A stretch of DNA of 32,000 nt from Pirellulaceae bacterium (GTDB lineage: Bacteria; Planctomycetota; Planctomycetia; Pirellulales; Pirellulaceae), in assembly GCA_963805875.1 (NCBI GenBank), contig CAWDWE010000002.1, forward strand, positions 136,039-168,038, in the 5' to 3' direction. The notes beneath the pieces were generated by a model. The model was given only the letters and a program-made list of their open reading frames with translations, was not told where the DNA came from and did not search any database. Within the stretch, counting starts at the first letter, position 1, and each line of letters starts with the position of its first letter. This document shows, piece after piece, positions 30,005 to 32,000 of this stretch. Both the position numbers and the translations under genes were made by a program.

Positions 30005-30415
30005 ATGCTCGACCGCAAATACATTCTCGAAAACGCCGCCGCCGTTAAGCAAAACTGCATCGACCGCGGGGCGACCGCCGATGTCGACGGCCTGGTAAAG
30101 CTCGAAACCAAGCGCCGCGAGTTGTTGCAGAAAGTGCAAGACCTCAACACCCAGGCGAACCAGGTCAGCAAGACGATCGGCCAGGCGAAAGACGCCGCCG
30201 AGCGCGATGCCCGCAAGGAGGAAGGCCGAAAGCTCCGCGAGCAAAAGGACGCTGCGCAGACCGAACACGACGAACTCGAAGAAAAGATCCTCGACATCGC
30301 CCGGATGATTCCCAACCTCACCCACCCCGACGCGCCTCTCGGCGAGGATGACCAGGCGAATCTCGAGCTTCGCAAGGGCGCAGAGCAAACACCGTACCTG
30401 AACGAAATACAATGA
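30005..30415 (+). CDS. serS: Seryl-tRNA synthetase, N-terminal arm only (truncated at a probable assembly junction)
   Basis: MLDRKYILENAAAVKQNCIDRG...KLETKRRELLQKVQDLNTQANQVSKTIG...IARMIPNLTHPDAPLGEDDQANLELRK matches the SerRS tRNA-binding arm. The catalytic domain is absent. Confidence 0.93.
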   Translation: MLDRKYILENAAAVKQNCIDRGATADVDGLVKLETKRRELLQKVQDLNTQANQVSKTIGQAKDAAERDARKEEGRKLREQKDAAQTEHDELEEKILDIARMIPNLTHPDAPLGEDDQANLELRKGAEQTPYLNEIQ

Positions 30416-30950
30416 AAAATATAAACATAACCGTTATGTATTGCTCAACCAATTTTTTTCAATGTAATTACCAGCGCCATCCTGATACCAGATATTATAC
30501 ATTACAACTTTTAAAACCGCGCTTTTATAGTCATCCGGATATTCTGTTTTCAATTTGTAGAAAGCACGGGCAGCCGTATTGCCACCTCCCCATGCCTAAT
30601 GTAAACGGGAGCAGGATTTTTTTCTAATAAAACCTGCACAATTTTTTAAGACCCCGCGGGTGTCAATCCAATTATCCTGGGCTAAAAGTAATTTTAGCAC
30701 CAGGTTTGAGTTCCCATCTTTTATTTATCAATCCTCGCAGGTGATCATTATCCTCTATCCCCAATGCAACTAATTTCTCTTAACTTATCTATAGTGGGAT
30801 AATTGGGATTGTGTTTAATCAGGTTCGGAGACAATTTAGCGTATGCCTCTAATTGTTTTTCATACCAGTTTTTTTGCCATGTCCCTCTCTCTGGAATATT
30901 GAATTTGTTTCAACTTATAGCAGATACTTCAACGTCAACAGGTATACAGT
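30415..30950 (-). pseudogene. Frame-disrupted fragments of a DUF1593 / Sde182-like nucleoside-hydrolase-like protein
   Basis: Protein-like segments in different minus-strand frames: NIPERGTWQKNWYEKQLEAYAKLSPNLIKHNPNYPTIDKL, then ...NPAPVYI | AWGGGNTAARAFYKLKTEYPDDYKSAVLKVVMYNIWYQDGAGNYIE. Not covered by the supplied ORF track. Confidence 0.5.
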
Positions 30951-31092
30951 AAAAACCGTATCATTGAACTGTGATCATCAACATCTCCATTGGTCATTAT
31001 GATAACTCTTGTTTTTTTGACTTGTTCTGCGCATTTAAACCTGTTATCGCTGATAAAAGAATAATATATATTAGCAATAAGGAAATTTTCTT

Positions 31093-32000
31093 TAAATTCT
31101 ATAATCTATTTGTTTTTAGAATAATATATTCTCACAGCCATATACTTAGCTGATGGCCATCTGATTGTAAAAGTTCCGGAATGCATGCCGTCAATTTCGC
31201 TAACGGTCATGTTCCATGTATCCAGGACATCCACCTGATATCCCTTCCCTTCCGGCATGGTGAAGCCTTTTTCGCTGGTCACTTCTTCTCCGAAACAGTA
31301 TAGATAGTAATCGTTTCCAGCTTCTGCTGATACACTATTGAGGGTTGTCAGCCCTCCGGGTAATGGTTTGGAATCGTTATTCAGGACTTCCTTACTGAGC
31401 GAGGATACCGTTTAGAACTTTTCCCAACAGGATACCGCCTTTCCAAAAGTATAAAGTGTTACTATAATATTTGCGATGGGTGGCATATGCTCCCTTAGTG
31501 GTGGCCATCCAATGACGGTATAATTCTTCTTCGCCACTAAGCTTGCCCCAATAAGCCCCCAAATCTCCTTCGTAACCATATTCATCGAGTAAGACAGGTT
31601 TATCATACTCAGATTTAAATGCGTGTAAATCGATTAATTCTTTGGCGTCTTTACCAATCTGGTAACTAATATGAGTAACCCAGTCTTTTTTCCAGTCATA
31701 CTTTTTTCCAGGAAGGGCATGAATCGAAAGTAAATGATTATATGGATCTGCATCCGCTACAATGTTACCAAGTGTATCCCAATATCCATATGATTTATCT
31801 ATCAAATCAAATTCGTTAGCCATCGACCACCAAATATTTTGATAAGCTGAAAGCCTGGCCGTTACATACTCTAAATAAAATTTCTTGTCAGCATCACTCA
31901 TCTTATCAAATCCAAATTCTCCTCTATCATAGGGATGAAATAAGATGAAATCTGCCTGAATACCTAATTCGTCTAAATCGCGCACACTTTTATCAATCAT
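31093..32000 (-). CDS. Putative glycoside hydrolase (DUF5060/DUF4038/DUF5605-like), incomplete at window edge and frame-disrupted near 31410
   Basis: ORF 31392..32000 has NIWWSMANEFDLIDKSYGYWDTLG, KPVLLDEYGYEGD and HWMATTKGAYATH. The C-terminal beta-domain continues in another frame: YLYCFGEEVTSEKGFTMPEGKGYQVDVLDTWNMTVSEIDGMHSGTFTIRWPSAKYMAVRIYYS. Confidence 0.65.

Noticed and set aside
1-32000. tRNA, rRNA or integrase/transposase genes
   Set aside because: None recognised by eye; a covariance-model scan would be needed to exclude tRNAs fully.

Overview
Basis: reading of the sequence and the supplied ORF translations only; no searches were run. Most of the window (about 1-30400) is GC-rich DNA with planctomycete-like character (dispersed palindromic intergenic repeats, 'TSPTRxRG' pseudo-ORFs, an exosortase locus). 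Main content: (i) an exosortase / EpsI / long TPR-protein operon on the minus strand, with a nearby PEP-CTERM cargo gene and a sigma-54 regulator that has a degenerate receiver; (ii) sucC and sucD separated by a small lipoprotein gene; (iii) an NtrC-like regulator, a NarL/FixJ-like regulator and an M48-like protease; (iv) the best candidate for a poorly described system, a tightly packed four-gene operon at 22270-26237 (minus strand) encoding a coiled-coil protein, a membrane-anchored FGE/sulfatase-modifying-factor-fold protein, a zinc-ribbon + TRAFAC-type GTPase, and a protein resembling GTPase-associated protein 1 (GAP1-N); (v) mtaB, clpS-like, M20 peptidase and the 5' part of serS. At about 30.4 kb serS stops abruptly and the sequence becomes AT-rich, encoding fragments of carbohydrate-active proteins (DUF1593-like and a glycoside hydrolase). 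This looks like a chimeric join. At least nine genes-worth of apparent single-nucleotide frameshifts run through the window, including conserved housekeeping genes such as sucC, so residual indel errors are more likely than real pseudogenes.
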